29,655 nucleotides of DNA from a virus (taxonomy: Duplodnaviria; Caudoviricetes): positions 1 to 29,655 of the IMG/VR virus record IMGVR_UViG_3300007541_000126; one strand, given 5' to 3'. Position 1 is the first letter of the stretch. The number at the start of each line of letters is the position of its first letter. A program made the position numbers and the translations under genes. The notes under the pieces were generated by a model. It saw only the letters and a list, made by a program, of their open reading frames with translations. It did not search any database and was not told the origin of the DNA. Below, piece by piece: positions 9,251 through 17,248 of this stretch.

Positions 9251-9868
9251 ATGAATCAATACAGATGTAGCCATTCCGAAGACTTAAATATTTTTGACGA
9301 ATGTATCAAAAACTTAACTAAAAAATATGGAGTTACAATTGAAATTGGTGTACATGAAGGAGGCGGTAGTAAACGCATTATCGATGCTTATAAACAATTT
9401 CATCCTAGCGCTCTTCATTATCATATCGGTGTTGATCCTTTTGGTTCAGCTCCTTACATTCATACTGATGGAGATTTTCGAGAAAACAAAGTTGATTTTC
9501 GTTACGGAGACGAAAAACGATGGTATCTCCAAAAAGCAATCGTAGACAATCAAGATAAAAATTTTATTTTTTTATTATTAGAATCTCAAGAATATTTTAA
9601 AAGATTTTCAGACGGATACCCTATTTTTATTAAAGGTAAAAAATTTAAATTAGCTAAATATGACCTAGTTCATTTAGATGGATTACATGCTATAAAATAT
9701 GTATTCGAAGAAATAGCTTTTTTTGATGATAGATTAGATGCAGGTGGTTTTATTGTCTTTGATGACATTGATAAAATTGATATGAAAGCTGTAGATAGTT
9801 ATATGCAACATCTAAAATATAAAATTTTTAAAACGGGTAAAAAGAAAACAGCTTATGTTAAGTGTTAG
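9251..9868 (+). CDS. class I SAM-dependent methyltransferase (Methyltransf_24-like)
   Basis: IEIGVHEGGGS motif I, GVDPF, LVHLDGLH, GGFIVFDD. Confidence 0.88.
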   Translation: MNQYRCSHSEDLNIFDECIKNLTKKYGVTIEIGVHEGGGSKRIIDAYKQFHPSALHYHIGVDPFGSAPYIHTDGDFRENKVDFRYGDEKRWYLQKAIVDNQDKNFIFLLLESQEYFKRFSDGYPIFIKGKKFKLAKYDLVHLDGLHAIKYVFEEIAFFDDRLDAGGFIVFDDIDKIDMKAVDSYMQHLKYKIFKTGKKKTAYVKC

Positions 9869-10499
9869 TTTTTTCTGCACTAGAAAACAAAACTTATTAG
9901 AGATATTAACTGCTTATAGTGATATACCTGAGATATCAGAAGTATTAGTTGTTTGTTTAGAAAGAATAGAAATAAAAAACAAACCTAAAAAAATTAAACT
10001 ATTACATATGCCTAAAGATTCTGATTTAGGTTTATTATCTAGATATACATTTGCTCTATCTTGTAAAAATAGATATGTTTTTATTCAAGATGATGATTTT
10101 GTGTACGAGCCTGAAACTTTAATTAGATTATTTGATCGTCAAGAACCATTAACTGGTTGTCATCCTAGATGGTATTATAATGAACAATATCAAAAACAAC
10201 CTTTACAAGAAACTATGACTGCTCCTATATTATTAACTTGTGGCGTGATGGTGGATACGTGGTATTTACCAGCAGTTATTCAAGACGCTAAAATGTTTTG
10301 GGATAATTATCAAGATTGTTTTAATGGTGAAGATATTTTTATGTCTAGAGCTATTGCTAGAGCATCAGGACAAAAAGAATTTAAATTTTTTATGGATGGT
10401 TTTAAAGGACTTGATATGTCTAATCCTTTATGGGAAAAGAATGACAGTAAAAGAACCGAAATAACTAAGAAAATATATACTTATTTCAATGAATCTTGA
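9855..10499 (+). CDS. GT-A fold glycosyltransferase, GT64/EXTL-like motifs
   Basis: LLSRY, VFIQDDD (DxD), FNGEDIFMS. Confidence 0.75.
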   Translation: MLSVSFFCTRKQNLLEILTAYSDIPEISEVLVVCLERIEIKNKPKKIKLLHMPKDSDLGLLSRYTFALSCKNRYVFIQDDDFVYEPETLIRLFDRQEPLTGCHPRWYYNEQYQKQPLQETMTAPILLTCGVMVDTWYLPAVIQDAKMFWDNYQDCFNGEDIFMSRAIARASGQKEFKFFMDGFKGLDMSNPLWEKNDSKRTEITKKIYTYFNES

Positions 10500-10698
10500 T
10501 TTAGATACACTACAAAGTATTCGACACTATATTAAAAAACGTATAGAACAAGTTAAAGAAGACTTAGTGTACCATGTAGACAGCTTTGACAAACTCCAGT
10601 ATTCTAGAGGCAAACTCAATGCCTTAGAGGTATTGCTTCAGGATCTTAAAGACCTGCAGAACAAAGAGGAGAATGTCGATGACGATAGTGACACCTGA
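10489..10698 (+). CDS. small helical hypothetical protein upstream of GroES
   Basis: 69-aa ORF, YSRGKLNALE; overlaps both neighbours. Confidence 0.8.
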   Translation: MNLDLDTLQSIRHYIKKRIEQVKEDLVYHVDSFDKLQYSRGKLNALEVLLQDLKDLQNKEENVDDDSDT

Positions 10699-11128
10699 TA
10701 CATCTTTAATTGGTGTATCTAATTCAAAGCAACCAGCTCCTGAATCAAGGGAGATGGAAATACCTACTGACCCAGAAGGTATTCAAAAATATTTAGAAGT
10801 AATTCCAAAACCTGTTGGTTATAGACTTTTAGTTAGACCTTATTCTGGTCCTAAAAAAACTAAAGGCGGTATTTTATTAACTGACAATGCTTCTGAAACC
10901 ATTCAAATGACAACCGTAGTAGGTTTAGTCGTAGCTATGGGAAACCTTTGTTATAAAGACAAAGAAAAATTTCCTGATGGTCCATGGTGTAAAGAAGGAC
11001 AATTTGTAATTTACGGAAGATATGCTGGATCTAGATTCAAAACAAAATATGGTGAACACCGTATTTTAAATGATGATGAGATCATTGCTACTATCGAAAA
11101 ACCAGAAGACATACTTCATCTTTATTAA
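10679..11128 (+). CDS. groES: co-chaperonin GroES (Cpn10) homologue with N-terminal extension
   Basis: PVGYRLLVRP, KTKGGILL mobile loop, VVAMG, FVIYGRYAG, RILNDDEIIA; GAGGAG lies 7 nt before ATG 10679. Confidence 0.92.
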   Translation: MTIVTPDTSLIGVSNSKQPAPESREMEIPTDPEGIQKYLEVIPKPVGYRLLVRPYSGPKKTKGGILLTDNASETIQMTTVVGLVVAMGNLCYKDKEKFPDGPWCKEGQFVIYGRYAGSRFKTKYGEHRILNDDEIIATIEKPEDILHLY

Positions 11129-11143
11129 TTAAGGAGATAAACA

Positions 11144-12157
11144 ATGGCAGACCTAAACGAAGAAAAACAATCTAAGATACAACCACAGGTTGAATTAGAT
11201 TTAGATGATGCGAGTGAACAAGATGTTCAAGTAGCAGAAGATAATACTCCTGAATCAAAAGAACCAAATTTAAATGTTGGAGAAGTTGATTTAGGATATA
11301 CAGATCACCAAAACAAACAATCTGAAAAAGCTGAAATTATTATTGATGACGGTGAAGAAAAACCAGTAAAAGTTCAACCGAAACAAGATGAAGAAAGTTT
11401 ATTAGATATTTCTGAAGGTGTTCAAAAAAGAATTGATAAATTAACCAGAAAATGGCGTGAATCAGAAAGACGAGAAAGAGCGGCTTTAGAATACGCTAAA
11501 GGACTTCAAAGAAAATATGAAAATTCTGTTAAACAGTATGATACTGCTGACGAACAGTATTTAAAAGAATTTGAAGCAAGAGTAGATGCTCAAAGAGAGC
11601 AGGTTAAAATTAAACTTAGAGATGCTATCGAGCAAAATGATGCTGAAAAGATCATGGAAGCTAATGATGAGCTAACTAGGTTATCTGTTGAAAAAGAAAA
11701 AGCTAGAATTAAGATGGCTGATAGAGATGCTAGATTAAAAGCTTTACAAGAACAACAGATAAATCAAAGCGAAACTCAACCACGAACTCAGGAACAGGAC
11801 ATGGTTCCACCTGAGCCTAGTGTCAGAGCAAGATCTTGGGCTCAAAAAAACACTTGGTTTGGTAATGATAAAATCATGACAAACGCTGCTTTTACTATCC
11901 ATGAAGACCTAGTGGGCATGGGTGTAGACGTAGAAAGTGATGAGTACTATAATGAAATAGACAAGCGTATGCAGGAAAACTTTCCTCATAAGTTTGCTCA
12001 AGAACAACAACGGAAACCCGTCCAAACCGTTGCTTCCGCTGGAAGAAAACAACAAGGACGCAGATCTGTGAGACTCACCAAATCACAGGTGGCTATTGCC
12101 AAAAAATTAGGGGTGCCACTAGAAGAATACGCTAAATACGTGAAGGAGGTACAGTAG
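11144..12157 (+). CDS. capsid scaffolding protein
   Basis: Acidic N-terminus, long coiled coil (VQKRIDKLT), WAQKNTWFG, C-terminal LTKSQVAIAKKLGVPLEEYAK; upstream of the capsid gene. Confidence 0.8.
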   Translation: MADLNEEKQSKIQPQVELDLDDASEQDVQVAEDNTPESKEPNLNVGEVDLGYTDHQNKQSEKAEIIIDDGEEKPVKVQPKQDEESLLDISEGVQKRIDKLTRKWRESERRERAALEYAKGLQRKYENSVKQYDTADEQYLKEFEARVDAQREQVKIKLRDAIEQNDAEKIMEANDELTRLSVEKEKARIKMADRDARLKALQEQQINQSETQPRTQEQDMVPPEPSVRARSWAQKNTWFGNDKIMTNAAFTIHEDLVGMGVDVESDEYYNEIDKRMQENFPHKFAQEQQRKPVQTVASAGRKQQGRRSVRLTKSQVAIAKKLGVPLEEYAKYVKEVQ

Positions 12158-12158
12158 T

Positions 12159-12626
12159 ATGAGCGATAATAAAAGAACTTCACGCGCGGCCGAAGTAAGA
12201 ACAGAAACTCGTAAAAAAGTTTGGTCGCCACCATCATCTCTGGATGCACCACCTGCGCCAGACGGCTTTGTTCATAGATGGATCAGAGTCGAGTCTATGG
12301 GTTTTCAAGATACAGCAAATGTATCGAAGAAAATGAGAGAAGGTTGGGAATTTGTGAGAGCCGAAGAGATTAAAAATCAATTAGGTGATCATGCTTACCC
12401 AGTTATTCGAGAAGGACAATACGCAGGTTTGATCGGGGTTGCTGGCCTTGTGTTGGGAAGGATACCTGAAGAGATCGTAGAATCTCGCGCTGAGTATTTT
12501 AGAAAAATTACTCAAGATAAGATACACGCGAGTGATGCCGAACTTATGAAGGAACAACGACCTGAGATGCCTATTAATATTAATAGACAATCTCGCGTAA
12601 CTTTTGGTGGTGGGAGTAAATCCTAA
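12159..12626 (+). CDS. conserved head-module hypothetical protein
   Basis: WSPPSSLDAPPAPDGFVHRWIR...REGWEFV; between scaffold and capsid genes. Confidence 0.8.
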   Translation: MSDNKRTSRAAEVRTETRKKVWSPPSSLDAPPAPDGFVHRWIRVESMGFQDTANVSKKMREGWEFVRAEEIKNQLGDHAYPVIREGQYAGLIGVAGLVLGRIPEEIVESRAEYFRKITQDKIHASDAELMKEQRPEMPININRQSRVTFGGGSKS

Positions 12627-12685
12627 TTTTGTGACGATAACCATCCCAAAGTAAATTGTAAACTTAATAAAGGAGTAATATAACT

Positions 12686-13267
12686 ATGGCTAATACAGCT
12701 GAAAAATATGGTCTTAGACCAGTAAGAAAGTTAGACGGATCTCCATTTATTAACGCACAAAACAGATATAGAATTGCTGCCAACTATGGAACTGCAATTT
12801 ACCAAGGTGATTTGGTTCAGCCAACTGCCGCTGGTGGAATTGAGAAACATACAGGTGGAACTTCTAATGATGTTGTAGGCGTTTTTAACGGTGTATTTTA
12901 CACTGATCCGACTACACAGAAACCAACTTGGAAAAATTACTATCCAGGAACAGTTAACGCTAGCGACATTGTTGCTACTGTTATTGATGATCCAGAAGTA
13001 GTTTATTCAATTGATTCTGACGGAGCGTTTGCAATCGCAGACATTTTCCAAAACTTTAGTGTAACTGACACAACTGGAAATGCTTTAACTGGTATTTCTA
13101 ATGCGCAATTAGACTACTCTACAAAGGGTACATCTTCATTGTTAGTTCTTCAAGCAATTGACATTTCTCAAGAAACTGGAAATGACGCTGCTGGAATTAA
13201 TGCAGACGTGTTGGTACGAATCAACAGACACTTCTACGGGTACGCTCGTGGTGGTGTGGGCATATAA
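12686..13267 (+). CDS. capsid-associated (decoration/cement-like) protein
   Basis: AAGGAG SD; YGLRPV, AIYQGDLV, VGVFNGVFY, VIDDP beta-rich pattern; directly before the capsid gene. Confidence 0.65.
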   Translation: MANTAEKYGLRPVRKLDGSPFINAQNRYRIAANYGTAIYQGDLVQPTAAGGIEKHTGGTSNDVVGVFNGVFYTDPTTQKPTWKNYYPGTVNASDIVATVIDDPEVVYSIDSDGAFAIADIFQNFSVTDTTGNALTGISNAQLDYSTKGTSSLLVLQAIDISQETGNDAAGINADVLVRINRHFYGYARGGVGI

Positions 13268-13284
13268 TATAAAGGAGATAAATT

Positions 13285-14217
13285 ATGGCTATATCACGAT
13301 CACAACTAGTTAAAGAACTAGAGCCAGGTTTAAATGCTTTATTTGGCCTGGAATATAACAGATACGACAATGAACATGCAGAAATCTTCATGTCTGAGTC
13401 ATCTGACAGAGCGTTCGAAGAAGAAGTGATGCTTTCTGGTTTTGGTAACGCAAGTACCAAAGCTGAAGGTGCACAAGTAACTTTTGATCAAGCGACAGAA
13501 GCTTACACTTCTAGATACACTCATAATACAGTTGCTCTTGCTTTCGCAATTACTGAGGAAGCAATTGAAGACAACTTGTATGACAGATTGGCTTCTAGAT
13601 ATACAAGAGCTCTTGCTAGATCAATGGCGCAAACTAAACAAATCACTGCAGCTAACGTATTAAACAACGCGTTTAATACTGGTGGCTCTTACAATGGAGG
13701 TGACGGTAAAGCACTTTGTACTACTGACCACCCATTGTCTAATGGTGGAACTTTCAGAAATGAACTTTCTACTGCAGCTGACTTGTCAGAAACTTCGTTA
13801 GAACAAGCGTTAATTGATATCGCTGGTTTCGTAGACGAAAGAGGATTAAAGATCGCTCTACAAGGTATTAAATTGATCATTCCAAAAGAATTGCAATTTA
13901 CTGCTGAGAGAATCTTAAGATCACCTTTATCTACAACTCCAGGTGGTTCAAATGCGTTTGCTAAAAACGACATCAATGCAATGATGAATATGGGAATGAT
14001 CCCACAAGGCTACAGAGTCAACCATTTCTTGACTGACACTGATGCTTTCTTCATCATGACTGATGCGCCTAACGGTTTAAAACACTTTGTGAGAGCAGCT
14101 ATTAAAACTGCAATCGAAGGTGATTTTGACACTGGAAACGTAAGATTTAAAGCTAGAGAAAGATACAGCTTCGGCTGGTCTGACCCTAGAGGTATCTTCG
14201 GTTCGCCAGGAGCGTAA
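13285..14217 (+). CDS. major capsid protein (HK97 fold, Mu gpT-like)
   Basis: MAISRSQLVKELEPGLNALFG, ALAFAITEEAIEDNLY, FKARERYSFGWSDPRG; strong SD; followed by a terminator. Confidence 0.93.
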   Translation: MAISRSQLVKELEPGLNALFGLEYNRYDNEHAEIFMSESSDRAFEEEVMLSGFGNASTKAEGAQVTFDQATEAYTSRYTHNTVALAFAITEEAIEDNLYDRLASRYTRALARSMAQTKQITAANVLNNAFNTGGSYNGGDGKALCTTDHPLSNGGTFRNELSTAADLSETSLEQALIDIAGFVDERGLKIALQGIKLIIPKELQFTAERILRSPLSTTPGGSNAFAKNDINAMMNMGMIPQGYRVNHFLTDTDAFFIMTDAPNGLKHFVRAAIKTAIEGDFDTGNVRFKARERYSFGWSDPRGIFGSPGA

Positions 14218-14225
14218 TCATATTT

Positions 14226-14257
14226 ATACTGGGGCGTACTTTACGCCCCAGTATTTT
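14226..14257 (+). terminator. intrinsic terminator after the capsid gene
   Basis: ATACTGGGGCGTA-CTT-TACGCCCCAGTAT, perfect 13-bp stem followed by TTT. Confidence 0.88.
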
Positions 14258-14268
14258 AAAAGTATAAT
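14240..14268 (+). promoter_or_regulatory. sigma70-like promoter overlapping the terminator
   Basis: TTTACG (14240) - 17 nt - TATAAT (14263). Confidence 0.5.
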
Positions 14269-14277
14269 GGAGCTATT

Positions 14278-14607
14278 ATGGGATACAAAAGCGATATACA
14301 AGCAACAAGATTTGAAGCTACAAGCACTACTGCTATCGTAGCACCAGCAACGAGATTAAGAGGAATTATTATTGCTTCAAGCGGTGGTGGAACTGGACAA
14401 GTGGTTTTAACTACTGGAAGCAAGACTGGAACTACTATGTTTATAGCAGATGTTCCAACTGGAGATGTTATTAATTTAAATTTTCCAGAAGATGGTATTC
14501 CATTTCCAAACGGAATTTTTTGTTCAACACTAACTAGTGTTGCTGCAGTTACTTTATTAACTGACAAATATTCAGGACCTTATTTTACTACAACTAACGG
14601 AAGTTAA
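14278..14607 (+). CDS. small beta-rich virion-associated protein
   Basis: 109 aa; TRLRGI...FPEDGIPFPNGIF; GGAG SD. Confidence 0.75.
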   Translation: MGYKSDIQATRFEATSTTAIVAPATRLRGIIIASSGGGTGQVVLTTGSKTGTTMFIADVPTGDVINLNFPEDGIPFPNGIFCSTLTSVAAVTLLTDKYSGPYFTTTNGS

Positions 14608-14966
14608 TGATGTTTGAGAGAATGGATCCATATGATTATTATGGTGAATATCTTGAAGAGCATACAGGACTTGGTAAAGATGTCACTGGTATAAAAAAAG
14701 GTGGGATGCCACCACGTAAATCTAAATATTTTAGAAAAACAGAATCTGGAGCAGGAATGACACAAGCAGGTGTTATGGCTTACAGAAGAAAAAATCCAGG
14801 ATCAAAATTAAAAACAGCTGTTACAGAAGATAACCCTGGCCCTAAACGTGCAGCGAGAAGAAAATCATTTTGTGCTAGAAGTGCGGGACAAATGAAGCAA
14901 TTTCCTAAAGCAGCTAAAGATCCTAATTCAAGATTACGACAGGCTAGAAGAAGGTGGAAATGCTGA
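14607..14966 (+). CDS. basic phage protein, DUF6321-like (RRKSFCAR...DPNSR...RRWKC)
   Basis: Motif recall; acidic leader then KKGGMP. Confidence 0.7.
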   Translation: MMFERMDPYDYYGEYLEEHTGLGKDVTGIKKGGMPPRKSKYFRKTESGAGMTQAGVMAYRRKNPGSKLKTAVTEDNPGPKRAARRKSFCARSAGQMKQFPKAAKDPNSRLRQARRRWKC

Positions 14967-14972
14967 TAGCCT

Positions 14973-15075
14973 ATGAAAATAAGTGAAAATACAAATGTGG
15001 CATTGCCACTTAGAAATTTAATATTCAAATAAACTAGATACTATTGCAAAACAATTATCTAAATTAAAAATATGA
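14973..15075 (+). pseudogene. probable internally deleted or frameshifted gene remnant
   Basis: MKISENTNVALPLRNLIFK* (14973..15032), then +1 frame YSNKLDTIAKQLSKLKI* (15022..15075) ending in an ATGA overlap with the next ORF. Confidence 0.45.
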
Positions 15076-15179
15076 GCTGTATTTATTGGGTTTGTATGGG
15101 TTTCTGTCTATTGTTAAAAGATTGTAAATGTAATAAACTTAAAACTAATGAAACTATCAGCAAACTTTCAACTAAGTGA
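15072..15179 (+). CDS. 35-aa Cys-rich peptide MSCIYWVCMGFCLLLKDCKCNKLKTNETISKLSTK
   Basis: Hand-translated; 5 Cys; overlaps the endolysin start; no clear SD. Confidence 0.5.
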   Translation: MSCIYWVCMGFCLLLKDCKCNKLKTNETISKLSTK

Positions 15180-15603
15180 ATTAGTTAAATCTCAAACAGC
15201 AGAACGAAAAGGAATACCAAATAATCCTTCTCCAACTCAAATTGATAATCTTAAAGCATTGTGTATAAATGTATTACAACCTATTCGTTCTCATTTTGAT
15301 TCTCCTGTTATCATATCTTCTGGATATAGATCTGGTGAATTATGTATAGCTATTGGTTCTAGTATTCATTCACAACATACCGAAGGAAAAGCGGCGGATA
15401 TAGAAGTAGTAGGCGTAGACAATAAGGAATTAGCGCAATGGATAAAAGACAATTTAGAGTATGATCAATTAATTTTAGAATTTTATAAGGATGGAGAACC
15501 AGACAGTGGTTGGGTCCATGTATCGTGGAACGGTAATGATAATAGAGGACAATGTTTACAAGCTATTAAACAAGAAAATAAAGTACATTATAAACCATGG
15601 TAA
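15148..15603 (+). CDS. peptidase M15A-type Zn endopeptidase, probable endolysin
   Basis: LSANFQLSEL, SGYRS, SQH..GKAADI, WVHVS Zn-ligand motifs. Confidence 0.92.
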   Translation: MKLSANFQLSELVKSQTAERKGIPNNPSPTQIDNLKALCINVLQPIRSHFDSPVIISSGYRSGELCIAIGSSIHSQHTEGKAADIEVVGVDNKELAQWIKDNLEYDQLILEFYKDGEPDSGWVHVSWNGNDNRGQCLQAIKQENKVHYKPW

Positions 15604-15731
15604 TATCTAGATCACAAATGAGTAGACAATTAGAACCAGGACTAGGAAAGTCATGGAAAGGTAAATATGCGAAAACGATCCAAGCAACTCATGGTAAAAA
15701 AACCAAACCCTATCGCAAAAAGTCTAAGTAA
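15597..15731 (+). CDS. 44-aa basic peptide whose N-terminus resembles the capsid N-terminus
   Basis: MVISRSQMSRQLEPGLGKSWKGKYAKTIQATHGKKTKPYRKKSK, hand-translated. Confidence 0.7.
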   Translation: MVISRSQMSRQLEPGLGKSWKGKYAKTIQATHGKKTKPYRKKSK

Positions 15732-15831
15732 TAGACTATTCCAATTTAAAGTGCTACAATCTAAGAAGTTGTACAACCGTTTAAAGGAGAAGTTATACAC
15801 TCTCAAAGCGGCCGCTACTAAGGATGATTAA
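15667..15831 (+). CDS. 54-aa basic peptide with ArfA-like core
   Basis: MRKRSKQLMVKKPNPIAKSLSNRLFQFKVLQSKKLYNRLKEKLYTLKAAATKDD; AAGGT SD; alternative start 15691. Confidence 0.65.
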   Translation: MRKRSKQLMVKKPNPIAKSLSNRLFQFKVLQSKKLYNRLKEKLYTLKAAATKDD

Positions 15832-15832
15832 T

Positions 15833-16399
15833 ATGGCATGTTGGAAAGGCTATAAACAGTTTGGAATGAAAATGAAGGGTGGTAAAAAAGTCCCTAATTG
15901 TATTCCTGTGAAAAAAGCAAAAACAGGATTAAGTATTACACCTTCTTATTCTAAAACTGAAGATAGATATACACAAGAAACAAACAAAAGTTTAACTTTT
16001 GGTGGTGAAAAAGGAAGCATAACAGTTAATAGACAAAAGTTTGATGTTAAAGAGTATCCAAGTGCAAGTAGTAGAATGGATACTATTTCAGGTACACGAC
16101 GTATTGATGAAAAACGATCTATTTTTGGAGGTGTAGGTAAAGGTACAGGTGGCAAAAAAAGTTTTAATATTGGAGCTACTTTTTCATTTAAAAAAGGTGG
16201 AATAAAAGCTTATACAGGAAAAGCAGTTAAACAACCTACTGAAACAAAAAAAGAATTTAAAATGAGACATGCTTATCATAAACCTTTTATGGAAAAACCA
16301 CAAAATGCTTATATGGGAAAATTTATCAAGCATGATTCTGTAGGTATTAAATTATCTAATCCTAGTGCTAGAGCTTATTATAAAGATTTATTGAAATAA
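15833..16399 (+). CDS. mosaic basic protein: CWKGY...VPNCIP module, beta-strand domain and KKGG/KAxxG tags
   Basis: ORF 15824..16399; AAGGA SD favours ATG 15833. Confidence 0.75.
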   Translation: MACWKGYKQFGMKMKGGKKVPNCIPVKKAKTGLSITPSYSKTEDRYTQETNKSLTFGGEKGSITVNRQKFDVKEYPSASSRMDTISGTRRIDEKRSIFGGVGKGTGGKKSFNIGATFSFKKGGIKAYTGKAVKQPTETKKEFKMRHAYHKPFMEKPQNAYMGKFIKHDSVGIKLSNPSARAYYKDLLK

Positions 16400-16474
16400 C
16401 TGCTAAAATCAGCAATCCTCTAGCTTACAACTAAAATATTAGCTATAATAAATTTGTTAACAAGGAGATTTACC

Positions 16475-16564
16475 ATGGGAATGAAAAATTACCAAAAATC
16501 AGGCATTGCACCTAAATCAGGTGGCAAAAAAGAAATGAAGCCTAAGAAAAGCAAAAAGAAGTAA
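16475..16564 (+). CDS. 29-aa Lys-rich peptide MGMKNYQKSGIAPKSGGKKEMKPKKSKKK
   Basis: Strong AAGGAG SD; TATAAT at 16444. Confidence 0.7.
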   Translation: MGMKNYQKSGIAPKSGGKKEMKPKKSKKK

Positions 16565-16573
16565 GGTTTATAA

Positions 16574-17248
16574 ATGGCTACATCTGGTACTACATCATTT
16601 AATATCACGATTGATGATACTATTGAAGAAGCATATGAAAGATGCGGTGTAAGAACTAATTCTGGATATAACATTAAATCTGCTAGACGTAGCCTAAACC
16701 TTTTATTTTCTGAATGGGGAAACCGTGGAATTAATTTATGGAAAGTTAAATCTAATACACAAACCTTAACTAATGGAACTGCAACATATAGTACACCTAG
16801 TGATTGTAGCGATGTTTTAGAAGCAGTAGTAACAGTTACTGGAGGAACACAACAAACTTTAAATAAAATTTCAAGATCAGAATATATTGCTATCCCTAAT
16901 AAAACAGATACAGGAACACCTTCTCAGTATTATGTAAACAGATTATTAAGTCCAACCATAACTTTATATTTAGCTCCAGATACTTCTGCTGTGACTAATA
17001 TTTTTTATTATTATATTGCAAGAATTGAAGATGCAGGTGCTTATACGAATACAACAGATATGCCATATCGATTTTATCCTTGTATGGTTTCAGGATTAGC
17101 TTTTTACTTATCACAAAAAGTTGCACCAGATAGAATCCAAGCATTAAAACTTTTATATGAAGATGAATTAAAACGTGCATTAGATGAAGATGGTCAAAGA
17201 ACTTCTGTGTACATTACACCTAATATTTATTACCCACAAGGATCTTAA
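16574..17248 (+). CDS. head-tail adaptor protein
   Basis: IEEAYERCG, SARRSLNLLFSEWGNRGINLW, GTPSQYY, LAFYLS; position after the head module. Confidence 0.75.
   Translation: MATSGTTSFNITIDDTIEEAYERCGVRTNSGYNIKSARRSLNLLFSEWGNRGINLWKVKSNTQTLTNGTATYSTPSDCSDVLEAVVTVTGGTQQTLNKISRSEYIAIPNKTDTGTPSQYYVNRLLSPTITLYLAPDTSAVTNIFYYYIARIEDAGAYTNTTDMPYRFYPCMVSGLAFYLSQKVAPDRIQALKLLYEDELKRALDEDGQRTSVYITPNIYYPQGS

Noticed and set aside
9251-9868. DNA methyltransferase or restriction-modification role
   Set aside because: Lacks DPPY/NPPY or PC catalytic motifs; matches small-molecule/glycan O-methyltransferases
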